Shown: positions 11,784 to 22,066 of the stretch, piece after piece
How positions within the stretch are numbered: the stretch's first letter is position 1
Layout of the letters: every line of letters begins with the position of its first letter
NCBI GenBank assembly: GCA_977018835.1
Contig: OZ361261.1
Span: forward strand, 1,302,001-1,366,000
Source of the DNA: Minutocellus sp. GHC0000111
Taxonomy: Eukaryota
Reading direction: 5' to 3'
Length of the DNA: 64,000 nt
The notes under the pieces: generated by a model
What the model saw: the letters and a program-made list of their open reading frames with translations, nothing else
Databases searched by the model: none
Told to the model about the DNA's origin: nothing
Program-made: the position numbers and the translations under genes

Positions 11784-13154
11784 CTCCTCATCTGGCTCTC
11801 GATGGTTGAGGGTGGACAGGCCTCCCTCGTCGGTCTTGCCCCCGTCCAGAACGACATTTACGCCCAGACCCACGAGCTCTCGTACAAGTGCACCAGCATC
11901 ACCAACAAGGGCGACAACCTTGACCGTTACCTCATGGGCCGTCAGTTCATGGTTATCTTCATTGTTTTCCTTATCAACCTTTCCGGTGCTCCCGTCCCCG
12001 GTGCCGAGCTTTGGGGCCTTCCCACCTGGGTCACCCAGATCTTCCTCGTCACTGGTTTCGCCATGATTCTTTTGACTTGCATGGTCGGTCAGCTCGCCTC
12101 CCAGGTCAACGCCTCGCACTGCATGCTTGACTACATCAACAACTACTTCGCCCTCTTCACTTTGTACGTTGCCATGACCGTCGAGGTCACCGGTGTCATG
12201 CACTCCTCGTACCTCATTGCCATCATCGTTGCCAAGCTCGCCGGCAAGCCCATCGAGTCCAAGGAGGGTCCCCGCACCGGCTTCAAGGCTCTCTTCTTCT
12301 GGGGCCGTGTCCTCTTCTCCATTGCCGTTCTCGGATTCGCTCTCGCCGTCACTTTCGCCGCTCTCTTCCAGGGCAAGACCACCATGTGGGAGGGTGTTCC
12401 CGGAGGCGTCTCCGTCGTCCTTTTCTTCGTCCTCATGTCCGTCGTCGGTATGCTCGAGGGTATGCAGATTGCCTTCTTCGCCGTCACCAAGATCAAGAAG
12501 GAGGACCGTGGCAAGTCCAAGTTCGCTCTCAAGACCTGCGACCTCCTCTTCAAGGGCAAGGGCCGCAACCTTCCCGGCTTCATGGTTGGCCGTCAGCTTT
12601 CCGTCGTTACCTGCTTCTTCGTTATCGCTCGTGTGACCACTCTTTCCATCCCCGAGGGTGAGGAGAACCTTTGGGGCGTCAGCGACACCCTCCAGAACTT
12701 CTTCAACACTGGCTTCCTCGGTGCCATCATCACCACCATCATGGGATCCATCTCGTGGCAGCTTGTTGCTTCGGCCTTCCCCATCGCCTTCCTTTCCAAC
12801 CCCCTCACCTACATCTTCCTTGTCATCTGCCTTGCCTTCGAGGCCACCGGTATCTGCCAGGGCGCCTGGGTCCTTGCCTGGATCATGAAGAAGACCATCA
12901 ACCTTCAGCGTGACGAGGTCTACATCGGTACCGCCGAGGAGCGTGAGAAGGACGGCCACAAGGACAACACCGCCGACCTTCCCGGTGGCGCCGGCCACAT
13001 GATCAAGCTTCCCGGCTTCTACGACGAGGCTCCCGATGCCCTCAAGGAGCTCGTTGCCTCCGACCCCGAGGTCAAGAAGTGGATGGAGTCCATGCAGGCC
13101 TCGATCCAGCTCGACGAGGAGGAGGTTGCCGAGGTCGCCGACCAGGTCGCCTAA
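11784..13154 (+). CDS. SIT: Diatom silicon transporter (SIT), N-terminus missing
   Basis: LLIWLSMVEGGQASLVGL, four GXQ motifs (EGGQ, MGRQ, EGMQ, VGRQ), CMLD motif, strong C-ending codon bias. Confidence 0.95.
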   Translation, partial: LLIWLSMVEGGQASLVGLAPVQNDIYAQTHELSYKCTSITNKGDNLDRYLMGRQFMVIFIVFLINLSGAPVPGAELWGLPTWVTQIFLVTGFAMILLTCMVGQLASQVNASHCMLDYINNYFALFTLYVAMTVEVTGVMHSSYLIAIIVAKLAGKPIESKEGPRTGFKALFFWGRVLFSIAVLGFALAVTFAALFQGKTTMWEGVPGGVSVVLFFVLMSVVGMLEGMQIAFFAVTKIKKEDRGKSKFALKTCDLLFKGKGRNLPGFMVGRQLSVVTCFFVIARVTTLSIPEGEENLWGVSDTLQNFFNTGFLGAIITTIMGSISWQLVASAFPIAFLSNPLTYIFLVICLAFEATGICQGAWVLAWIMKKTINLQRDEVYIGTAEEREKDGHKDNTADLPGGAGHMIKLPGFYDEAPDALKELVASDPEVKKWMESMQASIQLDEEEVAEVADQVA

Positions 13155-13314
13155 GCATCCAATATCTTATAATATCTACAGTTTGAGCAGTGGTCATCTT
13201 CATTGGTGGCCCTGACAACAAGAAGGCTGCAGCAAAGTTGACTCTTTGCGCCTTTTGTATATGTAGAGTGATTTCACGAGAGAGCAGACACCCCCCTCCG
13301 CGATGTTTCGTAAA

Positions 13315-13401
13315 CATTGTACCAACTTCCTTTTATTGATGATCCTTACTCAGAAGGGTATTGTAGACCATAATCAACAATAAAAGGAAGTTGGTACAAT
13401 G
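13315..13401. repeat. 87 bp inverted repeat / possible miniature TE
   Basis: Perfect 24 bp arms: cattgtaccaacttccttttattg (13315-13338) and caataaaaggaagttggtacaatg (13378-13401). Confidence 0.85.
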
Positions 13402-15109
13402 ATCTTGGTGCTCTTTTAGCACATGATATAGATACGGTATTAGAGTGTTTCTTTTGGTACACTATTGTTTGAAAATTTATTTTTATGTCGTAGAATACAT
13501 TTGTGCTGTTTCAAGAAAGAAAAAATACATCAAACTTTATAACGAAACAAAACCCATTTCGTTCAACGAATGGGGCCACAACATGTGTCGCCGACGTGCC
13601 TCCCATTGAGAACAATCAAGACTACGGGGCACCATACCCTTGTAATAGCCTTTCACAACACTGTGGTGCAGCAGGAGACTTGCAATTACTTTTTTGAGCC
13701 TTGAAAAATTCGTTCGCGTTAGACCCGATTTTTTCGACAGTTTCCGACGTTCCATCACGACCATGTTCGCCCGATGTACAGCACCACCCCGGCCATCGCA
13801 TACACTCTGACCACCTAGATGCCTTCCTGAATATTACTGGAAGGGATTTTTGGGCGATAGCGGTGCGTCGGTGCGTGCCTGTACCGCGAAATGTGGCCCA
13901 GCGCCATTACCACCCCCATTACACCACCCATCCGAAAGTTGGTCCGGATGCTTTTATGCGGTCCATGCACCACTTCCGTTGCACTGAGCCGTCGACGCTT
14001 CACCCATATATATACCAAGCGCATTTGAGTGGGGGGTGGTGGCATTTCTTGACAATTCATAGAGAAAACTATTCCCAAAGTCCCGTGTCTGATGTCGGCA
14101 CCAGATTTCACCTTCATTGCTTCTGCCGCCCGAGAGGAACGAAACCGGAGAAAGCGGCCAAACCAACACGTGAGATCGATGGATGTAATATAGAATGAGC
14201 ATCGTGCGTGCTGATATTGCGTGAAGGAACAGTGGTTGAGGCTTGAAGGGGGTTGTAGTTGGGGATTTGCTACTTTCAGATGTTTTTGCTTTCCATGGTG
14301 ACGGCCACAATGATACAAAGATGGGGCCCAATATCGACCCTCTGGCGCAAACTTGCTCCCAATATTACCCAAGTGAAAGTAATGCCGGTCAGGGAGGATT
14401 GAAATGGATGTAGACAAGCATCAGCCATCATTCTTTGCCATTTTGACGTAAAAAATATTGAAAATTTCTGGGCATGAGGAGATGTTGCTAAAATAGCACA
14501 TGATGTACGAATGAGTTTGCTTTCAAGTATGCAATACTCACCTAACGCATGTAGTTGGCGTATACATCGGTTGGCTTGGAGTTATTTATCGTTATACCAT
14601 CATTTGGTGGCCTTCTTGTGGAGATGAATTCTCCTTGCTTTCGCCGTGTTGAGAGAGGCCATTTAGTGGGTTCATTTTTGCGCTGCATAAAGTATCGCAC
14701 AAAAAAAATTCCTAGTGCCTTACAATTTACGGCGATTTTGTCGGCGGTCTCGTGGAATCACTCTATAATCATACTTCATGCATCGTCAATGCGAGTCGAT
14801 GGTGATTTGTTTGTGAAATAGAATAATTTGATAGATCCAAGTTATCACGAGAACATGAGTCATACAATTCAAGTAATATTCTTCAGGTAGATCTACATGT
14901 AGGTAGATCTAGCTACATGTAGATCTAACGAATCCATCGGCTCGACATCGTGAAATCAAAAGTACAGAGACCAAAAGTTGTGCTCAGGTGCGGGCATAAT
15001 TCTTGCATGGCGCCACGGCTCGCACCTCTCACCACGCATGCATTGCAGCATTTGTAGTAGTAGCGCGCCATCGCCCAGGCAGAGGAGGCAGCGAACATGA
15101 TATGCTGCG

Positions 15110-16858
15110 ATGCATGAGGTCTTGATGAGGGCCCCATATCTCATTGTTCCGTCTGCCAGCATTGGTTGGGTCCTCTTGCGATCGGCATTCCACCTCACAA
15201 GTGTGAGGCTACTTTCATCACATCAAGATGTAGATCTTGGAGGGGACTTGCTATCTTTCCTACTCGATGGGGGACGTTCGAATGATGCATTTGTCCTGCA
15301 ACCTGATCCATCACTGCAGTTGCCAAAAGGGGGCTCATTATATCGTCTCGGTGACATTCATAAGCAAAGAAAGAATGTCAGATCGAGTCGATCCTTGAGA
15401 ATACGAAGGTCAGATCCAAATGTCCAACTCACCTGGGACTTGCTTTGGTCTGATTTTCATGGTGCATTCGACCAGGTATTTCTCCCGAGCGATAGTTTGC
15501 ATATGAGCATTCCCTGGAGAGAGCCGCATGAGCCGATGTTCTTGGTAGTCTATGCAGGCAACCGAAGTGACGTTAGAGTTGAGTATGTGGAGGGGCAGGA
15601 AATCACATACAATTCTACGATGATGGAGGCATTCAACTTTCCCCGTCGGGATCTTTTCTATCGGAAACGATCAGGCACAGGGGGCAAGGTCACATTGTGC
15701 ACTCAAATAACGCCGGAGCGGTTGAGATACTTGTTCCATATCACGAATGCTTGGGGTGGCCCTGTATCAGCTGCAATTTATGTCGGTCACAAAGGAAGTC
15801 AGGATGAGGAGCTTGCATACATCAATAGATTCTGGGTCGACCTCGGGGATGATATTCGCGGAAATTTGGACATTCATATTGTCTACGATGATGGAAGACC
15901 GTGGTACTCAACGACAGAAATACCAAACCATAGAATGGGCAACAATCCGTACCCGATAAATCTACTTCGACAGATCGCAGTGGACTGCGTCAAGACCGAG
16001 TGGTTGTACGTGACGGAGGGCGACATGCTGACAATTCCAAACGCTCATCAGATCATCTTAGATTCGTGGCAGGATATGATGGCGGCATACAGCAAGCACA
16101 GCGGTGCGGGCTTTGTTGTGCCGCTTTATAAAGCCAGAACCCCGATGGATGGTGATCAGGTGCAAACATTTCCGAAGAATCGGCAAGAACTGATCACAAA
16201 AAGAATCTCCGAGGTTTACCAACGCTCTGGGGATGTATTTCATAACCAACGACTGACTGACTTTGAAGGGTGGGAAAATGTTCCACATGGTAGCGCCAAT
16301 TATTTACCATATCACAGATCTGGTATTGAGTCAATGATTTGTGATCCTGGTAGAGAGCCAGAGCAAGAACCGTACTATATCGTGAAGAAATCAGATCTCG
16401 CACCGTACAACGTCCTTTTCGCGGGAATGTGGTGGGACAAAACCACACAAATAATTGATGCCTGTAACTGTGGCTTGGCCTTTGTGCTTCATCCTGATCT
16501 ATTCACTGTAATATTCGACGAGCCAAAGGAATCGACTCAGCAAGGTGCTTGGGCCATGCATAGAGCGAATTGGCGCCAAAAGATGATATTTATGACTGGT
16601 CCGGTCTACTCGCAGGAATATCAGAAGACTCAATTGGCCCTCGACACTAGTCGCAGCATGTGTTCCCAGGTTGCCGATGTCCCTATTAGCGAGCCACAAC
16701 CTTATCGGCCGTGGGTGCCATATTGGTTGATAAAGGAAATGGGTACTCTAAAGCGGACCTTGCGTGTCTCACAAGCATTGGGTATGGCAGACGAAAATAA
16801 GGTTGTTTCGGGAAAGGTTAGTCTCAAGGCCAACCGAAAACCTCCGCAAGGAAGTTGA
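15110..16858 (+). CDS. GT49/LARGE-like glycosyltransferase paralog B (intact)
   Basis: N-terminal anchor, VTLCTQITPERL, WGGPVSAAIY, NPYPINLLRQ, EPYYIV, FAGMWWDK, FVLHPDLF. Confidence 0.8.
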   Translation: MHEVLMRAPYLIVPSASIGWVLLRSAFHLTSVRLLSSHQDVDLGGDLLSFLLDGGRSNDAFVLQPDPSLQLPKGGSLYRLGDIHKQRKNVRSSRSLRIRRSDPNVQLTWDLLWSDFHGAFDQVFLPSDSLHMSIPWREPHEPMFLVVYAGNRSDVRVEYVEGQEITYNSTMMEAFNFPRRDLFYRKRSGTGGKVTLCTQITPERLRYLFHITNAWGGPVSAAIYVGHKGSQDEELAYINRFWVDLGDDIRGNLDIHIVYDDGRPWYSTTEIPNHRMGNNPYPINLLRQIAVDCVKTEWLYVTEGDMLTIPNAHQIILDSWQDMMAAYSKHSGAGFVVPLYKARTPMDGDQVQTFPKNRQELITKRISEVYQRSGDVFHNQRLTDFEGWENVPHGSANYLPYHRSGIESMICDPGREPEQEPYYIVKKSDLAPYNVLFAGMWWDKTTQIIDACNCGLAFVLHPDLFTVIFDEPKESTQQGAWAMHRANWRQKMIFMTGPVYSQEYQKTQLALDTSRSMCSQVADVPISEPQPYRPWVPYWLIKEMGTLKRTLRVSQALGMADENKVVSGKVSLKANRKPPQGS

Positions 16859-17102
16859 GATGGTGATTATCTATTTCTTAGAGAATAAAAGACATGTACA
16901 GGCGCCATCAGATCATATTTAATTATGCATTTAGAAGATATAGGATTCCTATATATGAAAGATTTTGCTTTTGCATGCATCCCCGCCCACCTCTGTACAC
17001 ATTGCAGCCAGCCATCTTTTGCTTACCCACAGCAAACTAATTTTGTGGCAACGCTCCTTCCAACAGAAACATAATGCCCAATCTCCAGCTCCGCCCACCC
17101 TT

Positions 17103-18809
17103 TCATCCACCGCCTGCATCTGGTCCATCTTGTATTCCTCCACCCACGCCCTGATACCGATGCTGCAGTCCAGCCGCACCGGCAGTGTTGAGATTGCATG
17201 CGGTGGTATTGCTGCTGTTCCGGATCATTTTCCTCATGAGGGCCTGACGGATGGCCACGGGATTGAAATGCGATGCACCGATGGAGGAACCAAAGGGATG
17301 ATTCATACTGGCATATACCGCCCGATCGTGGGAGGATCCGTCCTGCGGCGTGGGAAGGTGCAAGTCCGAAACCGACGCTTTGGCACGGGCTGCTACCTCC
17401 GGCGTCAGCTCGAAGTTGGCTACCCAGTCAGGTGGGGCACGTGTAGGCTTGCGGGTCGATAATGATGGATCTGGAGGAAGCTGAGAGGCACCCGTCAGTT
17501 CGAATTTGGCCACCCAGTCCGGTGGGGCAGGCTTGCGAGCCGGCAAAGGGGCAGGATTCGTAGGGACCCGAGAAGCATCCGTTGTGCGAGCACTGATGTT
17601 GCTCGTAGTAGGTGGAAGGGTGCTCTGAGCAGATGCCGTGCTCTGGTGCAGCGGAGGCTGGCGTCCGGCAAAGAGGGACATTGGCGCATGTGGGTCGTTG
17701 TTGTTGTTGTTGTTGTTGTTACGAGCCATCATCATGGGCCGGTGCGATGTCGATGACATGCCAAGGCCCAAAGCGCCTCCTCCCATTGCTCCTGAAGCCG
17801 CTGCTTGGGCCGTCGCGGTAATGAAAGGACCAACGCTGCCCAAGCTAAGAGGACGACCACCACCAAGGCGACCAATACTGGTACCACCCATGCCACCTCC
17901 CACACCAAAACCGCCCATGCCACCCATTCCACCGGGGGCCGCCGGTCCGGCAGCAAGGGACCGCCGAAGGAGAAGACGACGCTCCAGCTCCATGGCCGCC
18001 AGGGCGGAGGTCTGCTGCGCGGGCGTCATCATCCCGAGGAGCTGGGTCGCCGGTGCCGTCCTCAATGTCGTTGACGCTGCCGATGCTGCCGCTGTCAACA
18101 AGTTTTGACGATACTGCTGCTGCTGATTGGCCATCACGCCGATGCTACTAGTAGCAGCATGTGCCGAAGCAGCTGCAGAGGCTGCTGCAGAGGCAGAGGC
18201 AGATCCGTTCCACAGGGAAGCGACGGAGCTGGCGGCGGCGCTGTACGCGGCCGCGGCGGCTGCTCCCGCGGCTGCTTCCTCCCTTGCCGTCAGTGGCGTC
18301 AGTGGTGTCGGTGCCACGTTCGTAGCGTCAATACCTGGCACGTTCATGTTATTATCATGTTCAGGCTTCTTTGTCGTCGTATTTGCAGCAGCATTCGCCG
18401 ACGCAGTGACCTCGGTGGTATCCAAAGTTGTTGAGGCACCTGCTCGTGCATTCCGTCGCGGCGGGAGCATCTGGCCCGGCCTTCGAGCGGCGGAGGGCGA
18501 GTTCGTCGTCGTCGTTACCTCCGCAGGCGACGCCGGACGAATGGTGGCAACGGGCACTGCCTTCTCACCAACTTGCTGCTGCTGCTGCTGGTGGTGCCGA
18601 GGTATCTTGGCACTTGGCACTTGCGCCAGCAGCGGTTGCTGCGAAGATGCACCGGCGGCGGCGGTGGCTGATGCCGCTTCGTGTTGTGCCGGCGCTGGCA
18701 CCTCCTCATGCTGCTGATTATGAGTACCGGTAGGCCTGCTGTTCCCCCGCGCGCCCGAGTTGTCTGCGGGGGCGTCGTCGGGTATCCGATAGTAGCGCAA
18801 AGTTGGCAT
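17103..18809 (-). CDS. Low-complexity Ala/Gln/Gly-rich protein of unknown function
   Basis: 568 aa ORF with poly-Q, poly-A and poly-N tracts and a duplicated PPDWVAxFELT motif. Confidence 0.6.
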   Translation of the reverse strand: MPTLRYYRIPDDAPADNSGARGNSRPTGTHNQQHEEVPAPAQHEAASATAAAGASSQQPLLAQVPSAKIPRHHQQQQQQVGEKAVPVATIRPASPAEVTTTTNSPSAARRPGQMLPPRRNARAGASTTLDTTEVTASANAAANTTTKKPEHDNNMNVPGIDATNVAPTPLTPLTAREEAAAGAAAAAAYSAAASSVASLWNGSASASAAASAAASAHAATSSIGVMANQQQQYRQNLLTAAASAASTTLRTAPATQLLGMMTPAQQTSALAAMELERRLLLRRSLAAGPAAPGGMGGMGGFGVGGGMGGTSIGRLGGGRPLSLGSVGPFITATAQAAASGAMGGGALGLGMSSTSHRPMMMARNNNNNNNNDPHAPMSLFAGRQPPLHQSTASAQSTLPPTTSNISARTTDASRVPTNPAPLPARKPAPPDWVAKFELTGASQLPPDPSLSTRKPTRAPPDWVANFELTPEVAARAKASVSDLHLPTPQDGSSHDRAVYASMNHPFGSSIGASHFNPVAIRQALMRKMIRNSSNTTACNLNTAGAAGLQHRYQGVGGGIQDGPDAGGG

Positions 18810-19059
18810 GACGACGGTGCATGCATGGCGTGACGTGACGCCACAATGAGAGGCAGCATCGAAAAACGGTTCTTTTTCAGCTGGTAGTCATCATGATGCT
18901 GCTGCTTTCTACGGTAGGCCTACCTTTCTTGTTGTGTGTACAGCAAGCCAACCAAGCCAGCAACAATTGCCTACAATTGATTCGATGCGGCTTGGTCGGC
19001 TTTGATGGACATCTTCCATGGGTTGGTGTTGGTTGATCTTCATGTTCGTCATGCAAATA

Positions 19060-19560
19060 AGGTGGCAGATCCCCTTGTTTAGTTCTTCATGATAGTTTTC
19101 GGGGTGTTGATAAAGTTGATCAAAATTTCCCATGCTTCCACCATGGTGAAACACTGGTTGGCGTATCTTCAGCATTAGCCCACCCCCCGCGGTATTCTTG
19201 CATGAATAGATCAATCACATGCTTGTTGGCAATATCCTTGAAAAGTACCGCGGGGAAAGGGCTGTGTGTCGAGTATTCCATGTGCACTTTTCAGCTGTTT
19301 CGCTTGCTTTCCCGCGTTGAGAGGCGTTTCTGGTGATGTGCGTTTTCTCGACACACAGCCTTTCCTGCCTGATATCCTTCCGTGGGGCCACCAACCATTA
19401 TATGTTGAATGCAGTCCTGAAAGGATACCAGGGAGGGTGGGCTGGTATTGAAGATACAGCAGGCACCCATTTCGCCATGGTCCGACGTGCAATTTTGCAT
19501 GCTAATTTATCAACACCCCGAAAAATATCATGAAGAACGAAACAAGGGGATCTGCCACCT
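19060..19560. mobile_element. Foldback-type MITE, 501 bp, TA on both flanks
   Basis: Termini AGGTGGCAGATCCCCTTG...CAAGGGGATCTGCCACCT. About 55 bp near-perfect TIR, degenerate inverted symmetry continuing inward, TA at 19058-59 and 19561-62. Confidence 0.85.
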
Positions 19561-19686
19561 TAAATGCTTGTTTCGTTTTGCATTTGAAAGGGATTACCAA
19601 TCACCTTACCGGGACCAACATGGCATCCGGGATCAGAGACCAACACCGCTGACCATTCGTCGTTCCACACCCAATAGCAACGAATA

Positions 19687-20273
19687 ATGAGCCAGGCCTT
19701 CATCCAACGAATCGTCAACTATGTGGCCAATGTGCGTATCTTTTGATGTGGTTTTCATGCGTCGATTTCCATATTGCATTTGATATCTGTGGCACATCTT
19801 GTGCTGGTTTCTTTCTCCCGCCCTCCGCTGGCCCGACGGCATTTTTTCATTCGCATGACTCACCAAACAGTCCGTTCTTTGCTACATGCATATGCCTCTT
19901 TCCTCAAATGTATTTCTTTCTATACATCGATCCACTTGCGTGCGTGTTGCACGCTCCGCAGGAGGTGCTGATCAAGGGCTTGTCAAACTCCAAGACCTTC
20001 CAGCGCTTCGCCCTCCGGACCGACCACCACGTCCAGCAGTACAAGAAGAAGGGACAGGAGCACGTCAACGAGGCTCTGGACGACTTGCACAAGACCGCGA
20101 CCGAAACCATGTACAAGGCCCAGGCCGAGGCGCGGGCCAGCGGATATGCCGGAAGCAGCGGTAGCAAGGCGTCGGCGGCAGCAGGTCCACCGACTCCGCC
20201 GGCGAGGGGGTTCGGCGGATTCGTATCGGCATTTGGGAAGGAAATTAAGAAGGATTTGGGATTCGGACGGTAG
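19687..20273 (+). CDS. Small conserved protein (resembles plant/algal NCBP2-AS2-like small proteins)
   Basis: Exon 1 MSQAFIQRIVNYVAN, intron 19732-19961, exon 2 EVLIKGLSNSKTFQRFALRT... Confidence 0.7.
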
Positions 20274-20607
20274 CCGGTAGCGTGCATGTGGCACGCACTT
20301 GTACAAATGAATGGATGTGAGGAGTATACATACATCTACATGCACAAAGAAGTTGAAAAGGTGGAATTCAATTGCGGTGAATTGAGGTTTATGCGCCGCA
20401 AACATTTGCGCGAGAGTTGAGGCGGCCATTGGGTGTCAGTTACTACGTAGTCATATTGCAGATTTTTTCGCATGTGCATATAAACTTTCGCAACAATGTG
20501 ATATCCGATGCTGTTATTGCGCAATGCATCTTCCCTTGCTTGCGTCGTAAAGTTGCGCGCGTTTACATCCTTGTATTATATATTTGGTTTGTACAAAAAT
20601 ATTTGAT

Positions 20608-21534
20608 TTAACTGGACGATGCGGCAGCGGTAGCAATCTCCTGACTGGACTCGATCCAGGTCTTGAGAACCTCGGTGGCCTTGCCGCTCTGCAACGTCTT
20701 CTTGGCCAACGCCACGCCCTCCTCGATGGTGTCGGTCAGTCCGTACACATAGCACCCGACACCGGCATTGAGACAGATGGAATCTCGCTTGGCGTTCATT
20801 TCCTCCCCGCCCAGTAGAACCTTGCGGAACTCTTCGGCATTCTCCACCGGTCCACTGCCCCGCAGATCCTCCACCTTACAGCGTTCAATACCGACATCCA
20901 GCGGGTCGAAGGTGAATTCCTTGGTCTCGTACACCTTGGGCTCGCCCTCGGGGGCCACGTTCTTGATTTCCAAAATGGTGGCCGGTCCCAACGGACTGAT
21001 CTCGTCCAGCCCCACGCCATGGATGACGACGGCATGGTCCACCCGTCCCACCTCCTTGAGCGCCCCGGCCATGAGCGGCACCAGATGCTCTCCGAACACC
21101 CCAATGACCGCCCTCTGCGCCCCGGCGGCGTTGGTCATGGGTCCCAATATGTTGAAGCAGGTGCGGACGCCCAGCCGCTTCCGTACGGGTGCGACGAATC
21201 GCATGGCCGGATGGTTGACCGGGGCAAACATGAAGGCGACGCCGCACTTTTCCACGCATTGGACCACCTCGGCGGGCTTCAGATCGACCTTGACCCCCAG
21301 AGCCTCGAGGACGTCGGCGCTCCCGCACGCGCTCGACACGGAGCGGTTGCCGGCCTTGGCCACCGTGCAGCCGCACGCGGCGGCCAGGACGACGCTGCCG
21401 CCGCTCGATCCAGTCACCATGGCTCGCTTGCCCTCGAGGCTGAGAGGGGAGGTGGAGGTGCTTGAGAGAGCCAATACCGGTAAGAAAGTAGGGGCAACGA
21501 AAACTAGGGCGAAAGTCAAAGCCCTCCGCTGCAT
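20608..21534 (-). CDS. trpD: Anthranilate phosphoribosyltransferase C-terminal two-thirds fused to an SDR-like N-terminus
   Basis: AKAGNRSVSSACGSADVLEALG, FMFAPVNHPAM, RTCFNILGPMTN, GLDEIS, LNAG. The GTGGD motif and N-terminal domain are absent. Confidence 0.85.
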   Translation of the reverse strand: MQRRALTFALVFVAPTFLPVLALSSTSTSPLSLEGKRAMVTGSSGGSVVLAAACGCTVAKAGNRSVSSACGSADVLEALGVKVDLKPAEVVQCVEKCGVAFMFAPVNHPAMRFVAPVRKRLGVRTCFNILGPMTNAAGAQRAVIGVFGEHLVPLMAGALKEVGRVDHAVVIHGVGLDEISPLGPATILEIKNVAPEGEPKVYETKEFTFDPLDVGIERCKVEDLRGSGPVENAEEFRKVLLGGEEMNAKRDSICLNAGVGCYVYGLTDTIEEGVALAKKTLQSGKATEVLKTWIESSQEIATAAASSS

Positions 21535-21653
21535 CGTGTTTCATACGAAAAGAGATACTTTTTGGGATCTATTTTGTGAAGAAGTGAAGAAGTCGCTGCC
21601 TTCCTTGCGGCTTACTGCGGCTGATAGATAATGATGCAGTGCTGTTGCTGGAG

Positions 21654-21760
21654 CAAGGAGCAAGTGCTCTCATCTGCTCATCTGGCCGATACTCGTCGTA
21701 CATGTACGTGCTCAAGGAGCAAGTGCTCTCATCTGCTCATCTGGCCGATACTCGTCGTAC
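21654..21760. repeat. 48 bp direct repeat, 2 copies (period 59)
   Basis: caaggagcaagtgctctcatctgctcatctggccgatactcgtcgtac at 21654-21701 and 21713-21760. Confidence 0.9.
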
Positions 21761-22066
21761 GTCACATCGTCGCATCGTACCTAGGTAGGCCTACCTAGGC
21801 CTAGGTACCTCTAGCTAGCTACTGTAGCTAGAGGTACTTTTAGTACATGTACGTAAGTACGTAAGTAGCCAAAATGGTCTGGCCCCCGCCCGTCAAATCT
21901 TGACATGGCTTCGCATCGCTTGCTCTTTTTGCTTGTGTTCGCAGCCAAGACCAAGTGCGGATAAGGATGCGGATCAGAGCGGCTAGGACGCTCATAAAAC
22001 AGCCGAATCAAAAACCGAAAACCAAATCAATTCTCAAATAAAAAAGCTTCGCAAACTATTCACTCT

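Noticed and set aside
11754..12998. 414 aa antisense ORF over SIT (also antisense ORFs at 52293-53072, 59589-60530 and 60816-62492)
   Set aside because: These are shadows of strongly biased sense-strand codon usage and have no motifs of their own.
13500..14820. ORFs of 125-200 aa between SIT and GT paralog B
   Set aside because: No domain signal or codon bias; possibly a decayed repeat, but no termini could be defined.
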